A DNA stretch of 32,000 bases from Coprobacillaceae bacterium (GCA_963675915.1 OY780959.1:270001-302000), one strand, 5' to 3'; shown: positions 15,373-24,989, counted from the first letter of the stretch. Numbers and translations are program-made. Notes: generated from the sequence alone by a model not told the origin.

Positions 15373-16806
15373 ATGAAAAAAATTATGCTGACTTTATCGG
15401 TATGTTTTTTAATTACCGGTTGTTCTAGTAGCAATAGTAAAAATATAGTTTTAGAAAATGATCAAGGAATGGCAGCCCTGGTAAGTGAAGAGGGTGAGCT
15501 AGTTTCGGATTTCAAATATACAGATTTATATGACTTGAACAGTACCTACCTGGGAGTCGGTCCTGAAAATATCGAATTGATTGGCAATGAAGGTGAAATT
15601 GTCAGGCAATTCGACAGCGGCGAAGTGAAAATCAGCGGTGAGTTGTTTGCGATTAGTTATGAAGATGAAGATGGTGCCGGCGTTACGGCTGTTTATAACA
15701 ATGAAGGTGACTTGCTTTACGATTCGAGTGATTCGCTGCGGCTGCTTATCGATGATGTTTTTGTTGTGGTTGAAAATGACGAGTCAACCATCCTCGGTCC
15801 TGATGGCGAAGTTTTTTATCACCTGGAGAATGTCGTCGACAATGTTTCTTTAAATAACAGTACTTTGCTGATCGATACCAACGATGGTACGTTGATGCTT
15901 GATTATAACCAGACCCCGAATGAAAACAATGTCACCGAGGTCAATTTACTGGGAAATTTCGAGATTATCGGGTATGATACTACTGTAGGCTATGCCCTGT
16001 ATGATTTTGACAATCGCCGTTTGGCAGTTGTCGATACCAATTTTGAGTTGGAAAACGAACTGGTGTGCAGCTTTGACAGTGCCTATTTCGATTACAACCA
16101 CAATCTTATTCTGGTTGAATCGACTGAGAATTTCATCGTCGATCTGGAAAACTCGGCGGTGGTTGAGCTCAACAGTTTCTATTACAACTACAACACCTAT
16201 GTTTTGAAGGATACAACCAGGGTGTACGGACCACATATTTTCTTTGCTGAAAATATCCAGGTTCCGGTGGAAGATATCCAATTGGCACCTAACGGGACCC
16301 TGACAATCAATGGTTTGATTCCGGTTTATGTCCGGGATTACGGCTTTACTTATTACAATTACGAAGGCGTTCAGGCTATCGATGACTTTTATGATGAGGT
16401 CGGCCTGTTTAGCGAAGACGATGTTGCAATCGTCAAAATCGATGCCCGCTACGGTTTGATTGATTCCAACGGAACGGTTCTGGTGGCTGACAAGGAGTCA
16501 ATCAGTAGCATCGCAGCTGGATACTATGCCATTTACGATGACAACATGACTTACGCGGTTGCCAATGAAAACGGAACTCAGCTTATTGACGGCGAGTTCA
16601 TGGGCAGTGGTGAAATCTACCGTTATTCTGGAGGAACTTATGGGGTGTTTGTCAGAGCGGGAATGTCGTATGTCTATGACATGTCCGGTCCGACTGAATT
16701 GTTCCACTATGAAGGTGAATTGAAATTCGAGAACGGATACTTTTATAAAGGGATAGATGCGATCTTCGACCTTGAAGGCAATCAAATCTATCAAAGGGGT
16801 GAATAG
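15373..16806 (+). CDS. Lipoprotein with WG-like (KWG-type) beta-repeat units
   Basis: Signal peptide plus lipobox MKKIMLTLSVCFLITG|C. Very acidic mature part. Repeated ~30-aa units with G-[DE]-x-[LV]/YGLIDSNGTVLV-type cores (EEGELVSDF, NEGEIVRQF, NEGDLLYDS, PDGEVFYHL, YGLIDSNGTVLV, NENGTQLIDGEF). Confidence 0.8.
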   Translation: MKKIMLTLSVCFLITGCSSSNSKNIVLENDQGMAALVSEEGELVSDFKYTDLYDLNSTYLGVGPENIELIGNEGEIVRQFDSGEVKISGELFAISYEDEDGAGVTAVYNNEGDLLYDSSDSLRLLIDDVFVVVENDESTILGPDGEVFYHLENVVDNVSLNNSTLLIDTNDGTLMLDYNQTPNENNVTEVNLLGNFEIIGYDTTVGYALYDFDNRRLAVVDTNFELENELVCSFDSAYFDYNHNLILVESTENFIVDLENSAVVELNSFYYNYNTYVLKDTTRVYGPHIFFAENIQVPVEDIQLAPNGTLTINGLIPVYVRDYGFTYYNYEGVQAIDDFYDEVGLFSEDDVAIVKIDARYGLIDSNGTVLVADKESISSIAAGYYAIYDDNMTYAVANENGTQLIDGEFMGSGEIYRYSGGTYGVFVRAGMSYVYDMSGPTELFHYEGELKFENGYFYKGIDAIFDLEGNQIYQRGE

Positions 16807-17850
16807 ATGACTTATTATATTATTTTTTTAGCGGAGATATTGGTGATGCTGACAGTTTTGAGAGTCGGATTTCTCGAACTTGAAAATTACCGTGCCAAAC
16901 AACTTAATCAATCGGGTCTTTACCGGAGATTCTCAAAACCGTTCGATTATCGTCGCAATGTGATGATGATCATGGCGGCGGCGATCACATATTTGTTTGT
17001 TTCATCGGCGCAGCTGGGATCGATGCAATGGCTGCTTGAATTGCTGGGAATTGTCTCGGTTGCAACTTTGGGTGATGTCTTGAGTCAGTGGCTCGGGTAT
17101 CATTATGGCAAAGTGCGTTTTTCCAAATACGTTACCCTTTACCGTGAGGTGGTGGCAGCTGTCAAAAAAGCCCGCGAAGAACAACCGGGCAGTGAAACGG
17201 TCGACGTGGCCAAACCGACATATCAAAACCTGGAGATCATCGATCGCAATCTCCAAGAAGAAGACCATCTGGCCATCATGGCTACCGATGGGGGCAAATT
17301 TGCCATCGCTTTGGAAAAATTGCCGCCGATCACCTATATCGTCGATATCAACAATCAGGCCAAAAGCAATTTCACGGAAGATCAAGTCAAGATCACCTCG
17401 ATGACCAAAGACGGCCGCATGCCGTTCAAGGAAGAGAAACTTGATGTTGTCATTTCTGAAATGGCCAATTATGACAAATATGAAATGTGGCGAATCCTCA
17501 AACCTGGGGGGAAACTGATTATCGAACAGTTGGGAACTGAAAACTACAAGGAAATCATGTCCTCATTCATCCCGTTTAGAATCAAAGGTAAATGGGATCT
17601 TGAAAGTGCCAAGCTAACTCTTCAGGAAATCGGCTTCGAAGTCCTTGAAGCCTATGAAGACCGCGGGTATATCCGCTTCAATTCACTTAAGGCCCTGGTG
17701 AACTTCACCAAAGGGGTGGTTCCGGCTTCGGTTGAAAATTCTGAGTCGTTCATGTCGTTCTACGCCAAGGCTTACGAACTGCTTCAGGAGCATTCTCACT
17801 TCGATTTAACTACTTATCGCTTCATTTTGGTGGCTCAAAAACCATATTAA
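16807..17850 (+). CDS. Membrane-anchored class I methyltransferase-like protein (degenerate SAM motif I)
   Basis: About 3 N-terminal TM helices (YYIIFLAEILVMLTVL; VMMIMAAAITYLFVSSAQL; LLELLGIVSVATLGDVL). The C-terminal half resembles Methyltransf_11-type proteins (LDVVISE...WRILKPGGKLIIE). Motif I reads LAIMATDGGKF (17269-17301) instead of a D-x-G-x-G-x-G type loop. The ATG directly follows the upstream TAG. Confidence 0.7.
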   Translation: MTYYIIFLAEILVMLTVLRVGFLELENYRAKQLNQSGLYRRFSKPFDYRRNVMMIMAAAITYLFVSSAQLGSMQWLLELLGIVSVATLGDVLSQWLGYHYGKVRFSKYVTLYREVVAAVKKAREEQPGSETVDVAKPTYQNLEIIDRNLQEEDHLAIMATDGGKFAIALEKLPPITYIVDINNQAKSNFTEDQVKITSMTKDGRMPFKEEKLDVVISEMANYDKYEMWRILKPGGKLIIEQLGTENYKEIMSSFIPFRIKGKWDLESAKLTLQEIGFEVLEAYEDRGYIRFNSLKALVNFTKGVVPASVENSESFMSFYAKAYELLQEHSHFDLTTYRFILVAQKPY

Positions 17851-17854
17851 GATA

Positions 17855-17898
17855 AAAAATGTGCTTAATTCCAAGATATTATGTAAGCGCATTTTTTT
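17855..17898 (+). terminator. Intrinsic terminator after the lipoprotein / MTase-like pair
   Basis: Stem AATGTGCTTA / TAAGCGCATT (10 bp, one G-U), 16-nt loop, then TTTTTTT. Confidence 0.7.
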
Positions 17899-17910
17899 GT
17901 AAATTAACCC

Positions 17911-17939
17911 TTTTCAAAATGGGTATCTAGTGTTATAAT
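17911..17939 (+). promoter_or_regulatory. ptsH promoter: weak -35 TTTTCA, 17-nt spacer, extended -10 TGtTATAAT
   Basis: TG 17931-17932, TATAAT 17934-17939. RBS AGGAGG 17955-17960. Confidence 0.6.
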
Positions 17940-17970
17940 AGTCCTATAAATTCAAGGAGGAAGTCAAATA

Positions 17971-18240
17971 ATGGCAGAAAAATTATCATTTGTAGTATCT
18001 GATCCAGTTGGATTACATGCAAGACCAGCTACAATTTTAGTAAATCAAGCAAGCAAATTCACTTCTGATATTACCCTTACATATAACGGGAAATCAGTTA
18101 ACTTAAAATCAATCATGGGTGTTATGTCTTTAGGTGTTCCTACTAAAGCAACTGTAGAAATCGTTGCTGAAGGTGAAGACGAAAAAGACGCTGTAGCATC
18201 AATTGCTAAAGTTATTAAAGAACAAAAAGTAGCAGAATAG
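17971..18240 (+). CDS. ptsH: Phosphocarrier protein HPr
   Basis: His15 context GLHARPA and Ser46 context LKSIMGVMSLG. 89 aa. Confidence 0.96.
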   Translation: MAEKLSFVVSDPVGLHARPATILVNQASKFTSDITLTYNGKSVNLKSIMGVMSLGVPTKATVEIVAEGEDEKDAVASIAKVIKEQKVAE

Positions 18241-18246
18241 TAAATC

Positions 18247-18270
18247 AAGTCCCCTCGGGGGCTTTTTTTT
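18247..18270 (+). terminator. Probable ptsH terminator (short GC stem plus T8)
   Basis: GTCCCC-TCG-GGGGC followed by TTTTTTTT. The stem is only 4-5 bp. Confidence 0.55.
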
Positions 18271-18282
18271 ATGGAGGGAAAC

Positions 18283-18771
18283 ATGGCAAAGAAATTCAAA
18301 TCCAATGCCCTGAGAATATTGGAAAGCAATAAAATCGCATATGAAATATTGGAATATGAGTATGATGAAGATGGCGACAGCTTCACTTACCGGGGTGATG
18401 ACAATCCCTATTCAAGAGAGTGCTGTTACAAGACCATTGTCTGCAAAGGTGATCATGACTATCTGGTGGCCTGCATTCCCCTTGACCGGGAAATCGACCT
18501 CAAGGCCTTGGGTAGAATCTCGAATAACAAGCGAGTCGAACTGATCAACCACAAGGATCTTCTAAAAACAACCGGGTATGTTCGCGGAGGCTGTTCGCCG
18601 GTGGGAATGAAAAAACAGTTCACCACCTATTTCGACGAGGGGATCGTCGAATGTGAAAAAGCCCTGTTTTCAGCAGGCAAGCGGGGTTATCAGATGGCCG
18701 TGGCACCCGAACCTCTCATTAGACTATTAAAGGGATGTGTGGGAAAAATAACTCGTGTAAACGATTACTAA
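18283..18771 (+). CDS. ybaK: YbaK/EbsC-type Cys-tRNA(Pro) deacylase
   Basis: TGYVRGGCSPVGMKK and SAGKRG blocks are colinear with E. coli YbaK (TGYLVGGISPLGQKK, SGGKRG). ATG 18283 is preferred: GGAGG 18273-18277 lies 5 nt upstream, and the track start 18271 has no RBS. Confidence 0.85.
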   Translation: MAKKFKSNALRILESNKIAYEILEYEYDEDGDSFTYRGDDNPYSRECCYKTIVCKGDHDYLVACIPLDREIDLKALGRISNNKRVELINHKDLLKTTGYVRGGCSPVGMKKQFTTYFDEGIVECEKALFSAGKRGYQMAVAPEPLIRLLKGCVGKITRVNDY

Positions 18772-18802
18772 GAAAAAAGTAGTGGAGTTGGATTTTTATT
18801 TT

Positions 18803-18811
18803 TGATATAAT
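18803..18811 (+). promoter_or_regulatory. Candidate extended -10 promoter of pgcA (TGaTATAAT)
   Basis: TG 18803-18804 plus TATAAT 18806-18811, 19 nt before the ATG, so a short leader. RBS AGAGGTG 18818-18824. Confidence 0.5.
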
Positions 18812-18829
18812 TGAGACAGAGGTGATGAT

Positions 18830-20524
18830 ATGAGTTATATAGAGGAATTTAATCGTTGGAATTCATACGCTGATTTGGATGAGAAGCTAAAAGCTGAATT
18901 AGTGGCTATGGATGAGAACCAAAAAGAAGACGCATTTTACAAAAACCTGGAATTTGGAACTGCCGGGATGCGAGGGATTATTGGTGCCGGAACCAACAGA
19001 ATGAACATTTACACTGTTCAAAAAGCAAACGTGGGTTTTGCGAAATATGTATTGGAATTAGAAGAAGGCAAAACCAGAGGAGTGGTGATCGGATACGATA
19101 ACAGACATATGTCTTATCGATTCGCAATCGAATCAGCTCGGGTTTTGGCAACATATGGAATCAAGTCTTACATTTTTGAATCATTGAGACCGACACCGGA
19201 ACTTTCTTATGCGGTTCGTTATTTGAAATGTGCCGGAGGAATCATGATTACAGCCAGCCATAATCCTAAAGAGGACAATGGATACAAGGTTTACGATGAC
19301 ACTGGTTGTCAGCTGATTCCCGAATGGGGGAAAAAAGTTGTTGATTACGTCAATGAAGTCGAAGATGAACTGAACATCAATCTGATTTCAATTGATGAAG
19401 CATATCCTTTCATCAACTGGGTTTCAACTGAAATAGATGAAGCTTATTATGAAGAGGTTATGGGAATCCAGCTTAATCCAAATGTGAAAAAAGACGATTT
19501 CAAAATTGTTTTCTCACCACAACATGGAACATCAAATGTTCCAGTCAGAACAATTTTGGGACGCCTGGGATATGATTTAGTTCCAGTTTTGGCTCAGTGT
19601 GCTCCGGATCCGGATTACACTAATACTAAATCGCCTAACCCGGAAATGCCGGTTGCATACGAATTGGCAATCAAAAAAGCCCAAGAAGTCGATGCTGATG
19701 TGGTTGTTATCTGCGACCCTGACGGTGACCGTTTAGGGGTTGTGGCCAAACGTGGCGACGAGTATGAACTGATGTCGGGTAACCAATCGGCGGCGGTTTA
19801 TCTGGAATACATTCTTTCACAAATGAAGGAAAGCAACAGTCTTCCTGCCAATGCGGTAATGTATAACACAGTTGTAACAAGTGATCTTGGTGAATTGGTT
19901 TGCCGTGATTATGGTGTTGATGTGGAAAAAACCCTGACTGGATTCAAATTTATCGGAGATAAAATCCGCAAATATGAACAAACAAAAGAAAAAGAATTCG
20001 TCTTTGGATACGAAGAATCTTATGGCTGTGTAGTCAAAGATTTCGTCCGTGACAAGGATGCGATTCAGGCAGTATTGCTGGCTGCTGAGGCAGGAGCATA
20101 CTATAAGGCCCAAGGGAAAACATTGGTTGATGTCCTTGATGAACTGTATGCAAAATACGGTACATTCAAAGAATCTCAAGTTGCCTTGAAAAAGGGCGGT
20201 AGCGAAGGTGCAAAAAGAATTAAAGAAATCATGGATAATTTACGTCAAAGCGCTCCTAAAGCTATCGGTGGAATTAACGTTGTAGCTGTAGAGGATTTCC
20301 AACAAAGCAAACGTTATGAAAATGGTGACGTCTCACCAATCGATTTACCAAAATCTAATGTATTGAAATATTATCTTGAAGATGGTTCATGGGTTGCCGC
20401 AAGACCAAGTGGTACTGAACCGAAATGTAAGTTCTATTTCTCAATTAAAGGTGTCGATGCAGCAGATGCAAATGATAAAACAGAAATATTACAAAAAGAT
20501 GTATTGAAAATAATTGGAGAATAA
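18830..20524 (+). CDS. pgcA: Alpha-phosphoglucomutase (alpha-D-phosphohexomutase family)
   Basis: Phosphoserine loop TASHNPKEDNGYK, Mg loop CDPDGDR, sugar loop GYEESYG, phosphate loop RPSGTEPK. Confidence 0.9.
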   Translation: MSYIEEFNRWNSYADLDEKLKAELVAMDENQKEDAFYKNLEFGTAGMRGIIGAGTNRMNIYTVQKANVGFAKYVLELEEGKTRGVVIGYDNRHMSYRFAIESARVLATYGIKSYIFESLRPTPELSYAVRYLKCAGGIMITASHNPKEDNGYKVYDDTGCQLIPEWGKKVVDYVNEVEDELNINLISIDEAYPFINWVSTEIDEAYYEEVMGIQLNPNVKKDDFKIVFSPQHGTSNVPVRTILGRLGYDLVPVLAQCAPDPDYTNTKSPNPEMPVAYELAIKKAQEVDADVVVICDPDGDRLGVVAKRGDEYELMSGNQSAAVYLEYILSQMKESNSLPANAVMYNTVVTSDLGELVCRDYGVDVEKTLTGFKFIGDKIRKYEQTKEKEFVFGYEESYGCVVKDFVRDKDAIQAVLLAAEAGAYYKAQGKTLVDVLDELYAKYGTFKESQVALKKGGSEGAKRIKEIMDNLRQSAPKAIGGINVVAVEDFQQSKRYENGDVSPIDLPKSNVLKYYLEDGSWVAARPSGTEPKCKFYFSIKGVDAADANDKTEILQKDVLKIIGE

Positions 20525-20530
20525 TAAAAG

Positions 20531-20568
20531 GAGATAGTGTTTTTGACACTATCTCTTTGTGTTTTTTT
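20531..20568 (+). terminator. Intrinsic terminator between pgcA and glgB
   Basis: GAGATAGTGT-TTTTG-ACACTATCTC (10 bp) then TTTGTGTTTTTTT. A TTGACA hexamer (20543-20548) is embedded in the loop and descending arm. Confidence 0.8.
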
Positions 20569-20602
20569 AGGGTCTAAAACAAGAACAAAGGAGAAATCAA
20601 AG

Positions 20603-22486
20603 ATGTTAAAAGTTGAATTAATAAGAGATTTTTATGACGGTATTTCTACAGATAGTTACAAATTGTTTGGAGCCCATTTTGAGAATTATGATGGTGAAGA
20701 CGGAGTTCGGTTCACGGTCTTCGCCCCTAATGCGGTAAATGTTCAGGTTGTTGGGGATTTCAACAACTGGGACGGCAGTGATCATTATATGGAAAAATAT
20801 GATGATGGGGGAATCTATACGCTGTTTGTCGAAGGTCTCAATGAATATGAAACCTACAAATATCGGATTGAAACCCATTCCCATGCAACGGTTGACCGGG
20901 CTGATCCGTATGCGTTTTTCAGTGAGGTTAGACCGAATACGGCCTCGAAAGTTTTTGATATGGAACATTTTTCATGGACCGATCAAAACTGGATGGGCAG
21001 CCGCGAGTTGAATTTTCAAAAACCGCTTAATATCTATGAAGTGAACATTGGTTCCTGGCGAATGATCAAGGAATTCTCTAGTCCTGAAGAGGATGACGGG
21101 GCTTTCTATAACTATGAAAAAATGGCGGATATGCTGATTCCTTATGTCAAAGAACAAGGCTATACCCATATCGAGCTGATGCCAATTACGGAGTTTCCGT
21201 TTGACGGTTCTTGGGGCTATCAGACAACCGGATATTTTGCGGCTACCAGCCGTTATGGAAATCCGCGTCAGTTGATGCACTTCATCGACAAAGCCCATCA
21301 GGAAGGAATCGGGGTCATTGTCGATGTTGTTCCGGCTCATTATGTCAAAGACGGTCATGGTCTTTATATGTTCGATGGCGGAATGGTGTATGAAAATGAC
21401 GATATGTGGCGCCGCTACAGTTCTTGGGGCAGTGTCTATTTCGATTATTCAAAGAATCATGTCCGTTCGTTCATGCTTTCATCAATCAATTTCTTTGCCA
21501 AATATTATCATCTGGACGGTTTCCGTTTCGATGCCGTTGCCAATTTGATCTACTATGATGGTGACCGCAATAACGGAGAAATGGGTTGGTCGATTCATTT
21601 CATCAAACAGATGACTGCGACCATGCATGATCTTCATCCCAATGTGATGCTGATAGCCGAAGATTCAACCGATTATCCGCAAGTCACCAAACATCCAAGT
21701 GTCGGCGGTTTGGGATTCGATTACAAATGGGATCTGGGATGGATGAACGACACCCTCAAATACATGAAAATGGATCCGCTATTTAGAGCTAATCCGGAAA
21801 ACCATAATCTGATTACTTTCTCGATGCATTATTTCTACAATGAAAACTTCCTGTTGCCATTCTCGCATGACGAGGTGGTCCATTCAAAAGGAACGATTCT
21901 TGACAAGTGCTGGGGAAATCTTGAACAGAAGATCGCCCAAGTCAAAACATTGTATACTTACATGATGATGCATCCGGGCAAAAAGCTCAATTTCATGGGA
22001 AATGAGCTGGCTGAGTTCAAGGAATGGGATGAAAAGAAAGAAGTCGGTTGGTCGATTTTGCAATATCCACTTCATGATTCGGTTTTCAGATATCTCAAGG
22101 GACTTAATCACATCTACAAAAATTACTCGTGTCTGTTTGTCGGGGACTATGACTGGAGCACCTTCGAATGGCTGATTGTCGATGACAATCTTCAATCGGT
22201 TTTCGGATTCAGGAGACGTGCCAAAGTCGCAGGCGACAAGGATCTGATTGTAATAATAAACTTTGGAACGAATATGCATCAGTATTATTCGGTTCCAATG
22301 AGCGACAAAGGAGTTGCCAAGGAAATCATTAACAGTGACCAGGATACTTTCGGTGGAAACAATCAGGTCAATCCTGAACCGATTGCAACAACTGCGCAAC
22401 CGGATGAATCCGGAAAGTATCATCTCCCGGTACTGATTGCTCCTTTTAGTTCAATGATATTTGAATTTGAAGCAGAGAAAAAATAA
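20603..22486 (+). CDS. glgB: 1,4-alpha-glucan branching enzyme
   Basis: GH13 regions VDVVPAHY, DGFRFDAVANL, LIAEDST, FSHDEVVH. ATG 20603 is preferred (RBS AAAGGAG 20587-20593). The track start 20537 lies inside the terminator hairpin. Confidence 0.95.
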   Translation: MLKVELIRDFYDGISTDSYKLFGAHFENYDGEDGVRFTVFAPNAVNVQVVGDFNNWDGSDHYMEKYDDGGIYTLFVEGLNEYETYKYRIETHSHATVDRADPYAFFSEVRPNTASKVFDMEHFSWTDQNWMGSRELNFQKPLNIYEVNIGSWRMIKEFSSPEEDDGAFYNYEKMADMLIPYVKEQGYTHIELMPITEFPFDGSWGYQTTGYFAATSRYGNPRQLMHFIDKAHQEGIGVIVDVVPAHYVKDGHGLYMFDGGMVYENDDMWRRYSSWGSVYFDYSKNHVRSFMLSSINFFAKYYHLDGFRFDAVANLIYYDGDRNNGEMGWSIHFIKQMTATMHDLHPNVMLIAEDSTDYPQVTKHPSVGGLGFDYKWDLGWMNDTLKYMKMDPLFRANPENHNLITFSMHYFYNENFLLPFSHDEVVHSKGTILDKCWGNLEQKIAQVKTLYTYMMMHPGKKLNFMGNELAEFKEWDEKKEVGWSILQYPLHDSVFRYLKGLNHIYKNYSCLFVGDYDWSTFEWLIVDDNLQSVFGFRRRAKVAGDKDLIVIINFGTNMHQYYSVPMSDKGVAKEIINSDQDTFGGNNQVNPEPIATTAQPDESGKYHLPVLIAPFSSMIFEFEAEKK

Positions 22487-22528
22487 AGAGTAAACCTATT
22501 CATTATTATTAGAGATTGGAGAATGTTT

Positions 22529-24937
22529 ATGATTATAACTAAAGAAGATTTTATCGAAGAATATTCAAAAAGAGTTGTCGGAATGTACGGGCGGATTGTT
22601 GATGAGGCTCATATTACGGAAAAATTCATGGCTCTTGAAGCCATGATCCGCAGCTATGCCTCAGTCAATTGGGTTGATACCAAAGAAATCATCAAGACCC
22701 ATGATGTAAAGGAAGTCCATTATTTTTCAATGGAATTTTTGATGGGACGAATGCTTACCAGCAACCTGATGAACTTGGGAATATATGATATCGTCAAAGA
22801 AGGATTAGCGGATTTGGGCATCAATATCCATGATCTTGAGGAACTGGAATCCGATGCCGGCCTTGGAAACGGGGGGCTGGGACGTCTGGCTGCTTGTTTC
22901 ATGGATTCCCTGGCATCATTGAATTATTCCGGTCACGGACATACGATTCGCTATGAATTCGGTCTTTTCAAACAAAAAATCGAAGATGGCTATCAAATCG
23001 AACTGCCGGACCAATGGATGCAGACCGGATTCATGTGGGAAATCAGAAAACCGAAACACCGTAAAGTGGTCAAGTTCTTCGGTCACGTTACCTTCGATGA
23101 TGAAGAAAAACGATACAAGATTGCCGATGCCGAAGAAGTTTATGCGATTCCTTACGACGTGCCGGTGATTGGAGCCAATACGATTACGACCAACACATTA
23201 AGACTTTGGAACGCTGAAAGTTCGGACAAGATTCCCAACAATCAGGATTTTTCGAACTATATCTCGAATGTCCGCGATATCTGTCAACAGCTTTATCCGG
23301 ATGATTCTACCTACAAAGGTAAGCTGCTGCGTCTAAAACAGGAATATTTTTTCACTTCAGCAGGTATCCAGTCAATCATTTCCAAGCATTTGCGCAAGAA
23401 TGACAGCCTTGACAATTTCCATGAACAACATGTCGTCCAGCTAAATGACACCCATCCGGTTCTGGCAATTCCAGAATTGATGCGGCTATTGATGGATGAA
23501 CATGATTACGAATGGTCTGAGGCGTGGGATATCACAACCAAGACCTTCGCTTACACCAATCATACCATCCTGGCTGAAGCCCTGGAAAAATGGCCGATTG
23601 ACATGGTTAAAACGCTCTTGCCAAGGGTTTATGAAGTAATCGAGGAAATCCACAACCGCTTTATTTCGTTTGTTAAAATGAGCGGCCATGAAAACTTGCT
23701 TGACCAGGTCATGATTCTACGTGATGGTCAGGTCCATATGGCCCGACTGGCGATTGTAGCCAGTTTCTCGGTCAACGGGGTGGCGGGACTGCATACTGAA
23801 ATCTTGATCAAACAGGAGCTGAAACCTTTTGCAATCCTGTTCCCACACAAGTTCAACAACAAAACCAACGGGGTAACGCACCGTCGCTGGCTGCGCTACG
23901 CCAATCCGGAACTTTCGCAACTCTTGAATGACACTATCGGGGAAGAATGGCTGGACCATCCTGAAAAATTGGCTGATTTGATGAATCATGTCGAAGATGC
24001 TGATGTTATTGAACGCTTTTTGGAAGTGAAACGCCAAAGAAAAGAAATTCTGGCTGAATATATTCTGGAAAAAAACGGAGTCGAAGTCGATCCGAATTCA
24101 ATCTTTGATGTTCAGGTAAAAAGGCTACATGCCTACAAACGCCAGTTGTTGAATGTGTTCAATATCATGGCCTTGTACTTTGAACTCAAAGAAGATCCAA
24201 GCAAGACAATCGTGCCGCGAACTTTCATTTTCGGAGCCAAAGCGGCTTCAGGCTATCACTTCGCCAAAAATGTCATTAAACTGATCAATTCGGTCGGTGA
24301 TGTGATCAACAATGATCCGGATGTAAGTAAATATATCAAGGTTGTTTTCATTGAAAACTATGGGGTGACCAAAGCGGAAATGATTATGCCGGCAGCTGAT
24401 GTATCCGAACAGATATCACTGGCTGGTAAAGAAGCTTCAGGAACCGGAAATATGAAATTCATGATGAACGGGGCGATGACTTTGGGAACTCTTGATGGGG
24501 CCAATGTCGAAATCTCAGAGCAGGTCGGAATTGAAAACTGTGTGATTTTCGGGCTGACAACCGAAGGGGTTGAAAGCGTGAAATCATCTGGAAACTATCA
24601 GACCTGGGACTATTATAACAATAATCAGATGATCAAACGGATTATCGACAGTCTGACTGATGGAACCTGGTCGCCTAACCGTGAGGAATTCCGAATGATT
24701 TTCGATGAAATAATGCGTAAAAATGACGAATATCTGGTTCTGGTTGACTTCGAGGAATACCGCAAGGCCCAAAAATCGATCGATCAGTTGTACCAAAAAC
24801 GCTATGAATGGGCAACTATCATGCTAAAAAATATCGCCAAGTCCGGATTCTTCTCATCAGATCGGACTATCGAGCAGTATGTTGAAGATATCTGGCATTT
24901 GACTAGATTGGGTAATCGTCGACCTTCAACAAAATAA
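22529..24937 (+). CDS. glgP: Glycogen / maltodextrin phosphorylase
   Basis: GNGGLGRLAACF and the PLP-lysine block EASGTGNMKFMMNGA. ATG 22529 is better spaced from GGAGA (22518-22522) than ATG 22523. Confidence 0.95.
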   Translation: MIITKEDFIEEYSKRVVGMYGRIVDEAHITEKFMALEAMIRSYASVNWVDTKEIIKTHDVKEVHYFSMEFLMGRMLTSNLMNLGIYDIVKEGLADLGINIHDLEELESDAGLGNGGLGRLAACFMDSLASLNYSGHGHTIRYEFGLFKQKIEDGYQIELPDQWMQTGFMWEIRKPKHRKVVKFFGHVTFDDEEKRYKIADAEEVYAIPYDVPVIGANTITTNTLRLWNAESSDKIPNNQDFSNYISNVRDICQQLYPDDSTYKGKLLRLKQEYFFTSAGIQSIISKHLRKNDSLDNFHEQHVVQLNDTHPVLAIPELMRLLMDEHDYEWSEAWDITTKTFAYTNHTILAEALEKWPIDMVKTLLPRVYEVIEEIHNRFISFVKMSGHENLLDQVMILRDGQVHMARLAIVASFSVNGVAGLHTEILIKQELKPFAILFPHKFNNKTNGVTHRRWLRYANPELSQLLNDTIGEEWLDHPEKLADLMNHVEDADVIERFLEVKRQRKEILAEYILEKNGVEVDPNSIFDVQVKRLHAYKRQLLNVFNIMALYFELKEDPSKTIVPRTFIFGAKAASGYHFAKNVIKLINSVGDVINNDPDVSKYIKVVFIENYGVTKAEMIMPAADVSEQISLAGKEASGTGNMKFMMNGAMTLGTLDGANVEISEQVGIENCVIFGLTTEGVESVKSSGNYQTWDYYNNNQMIKRIIDSLTDGTWSPNREEFRMIFDEIMRKNDEYLVLVDFEEYRKAQKSIDQLYQKRYEWATIMLKNIAKSGFFSSDRTIEQYVEDIWHLTRLGNRRPSTK

Positions 24938-24956
24938 TCTTTATGTCTAAATTAAC

Positions 24957-24989
24957 AAAGCTACCACAAATTGTGGTAGCTTTTGGTTT
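24957..24989. terminator. Bidirectional terminator shared by glgP and the convergent hydrolase gene
   Basis: Perfect 12-bp inverted repeat AAAGCTACCACA-AAT-TGTGGTAGCTTT, followed by TGGTTT on the plus strand. Confidence 0.75.

Noticed and set aside
15150-15434. 94-aa minus-strand ORF spanning the intergenic region between the 71-aa gene and the lipoprotein gene.
   Set aside because: It overlaps the ends of two supported genes, a terminator and a promoter, and it has no RBS. It is probably an AT-rich chance frame.
17881-17894. cre-like TGTAAGCGCATTTT near ptsH, and TGAAAACGTTTATG inside polA (about 1911-1924).
   Set aside because: Both miss the conserved 3' half of the cre consensus (TGWAANCGNTNWCA). 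The first is simply the descending arm of a terminator and the second is inside a CDS.
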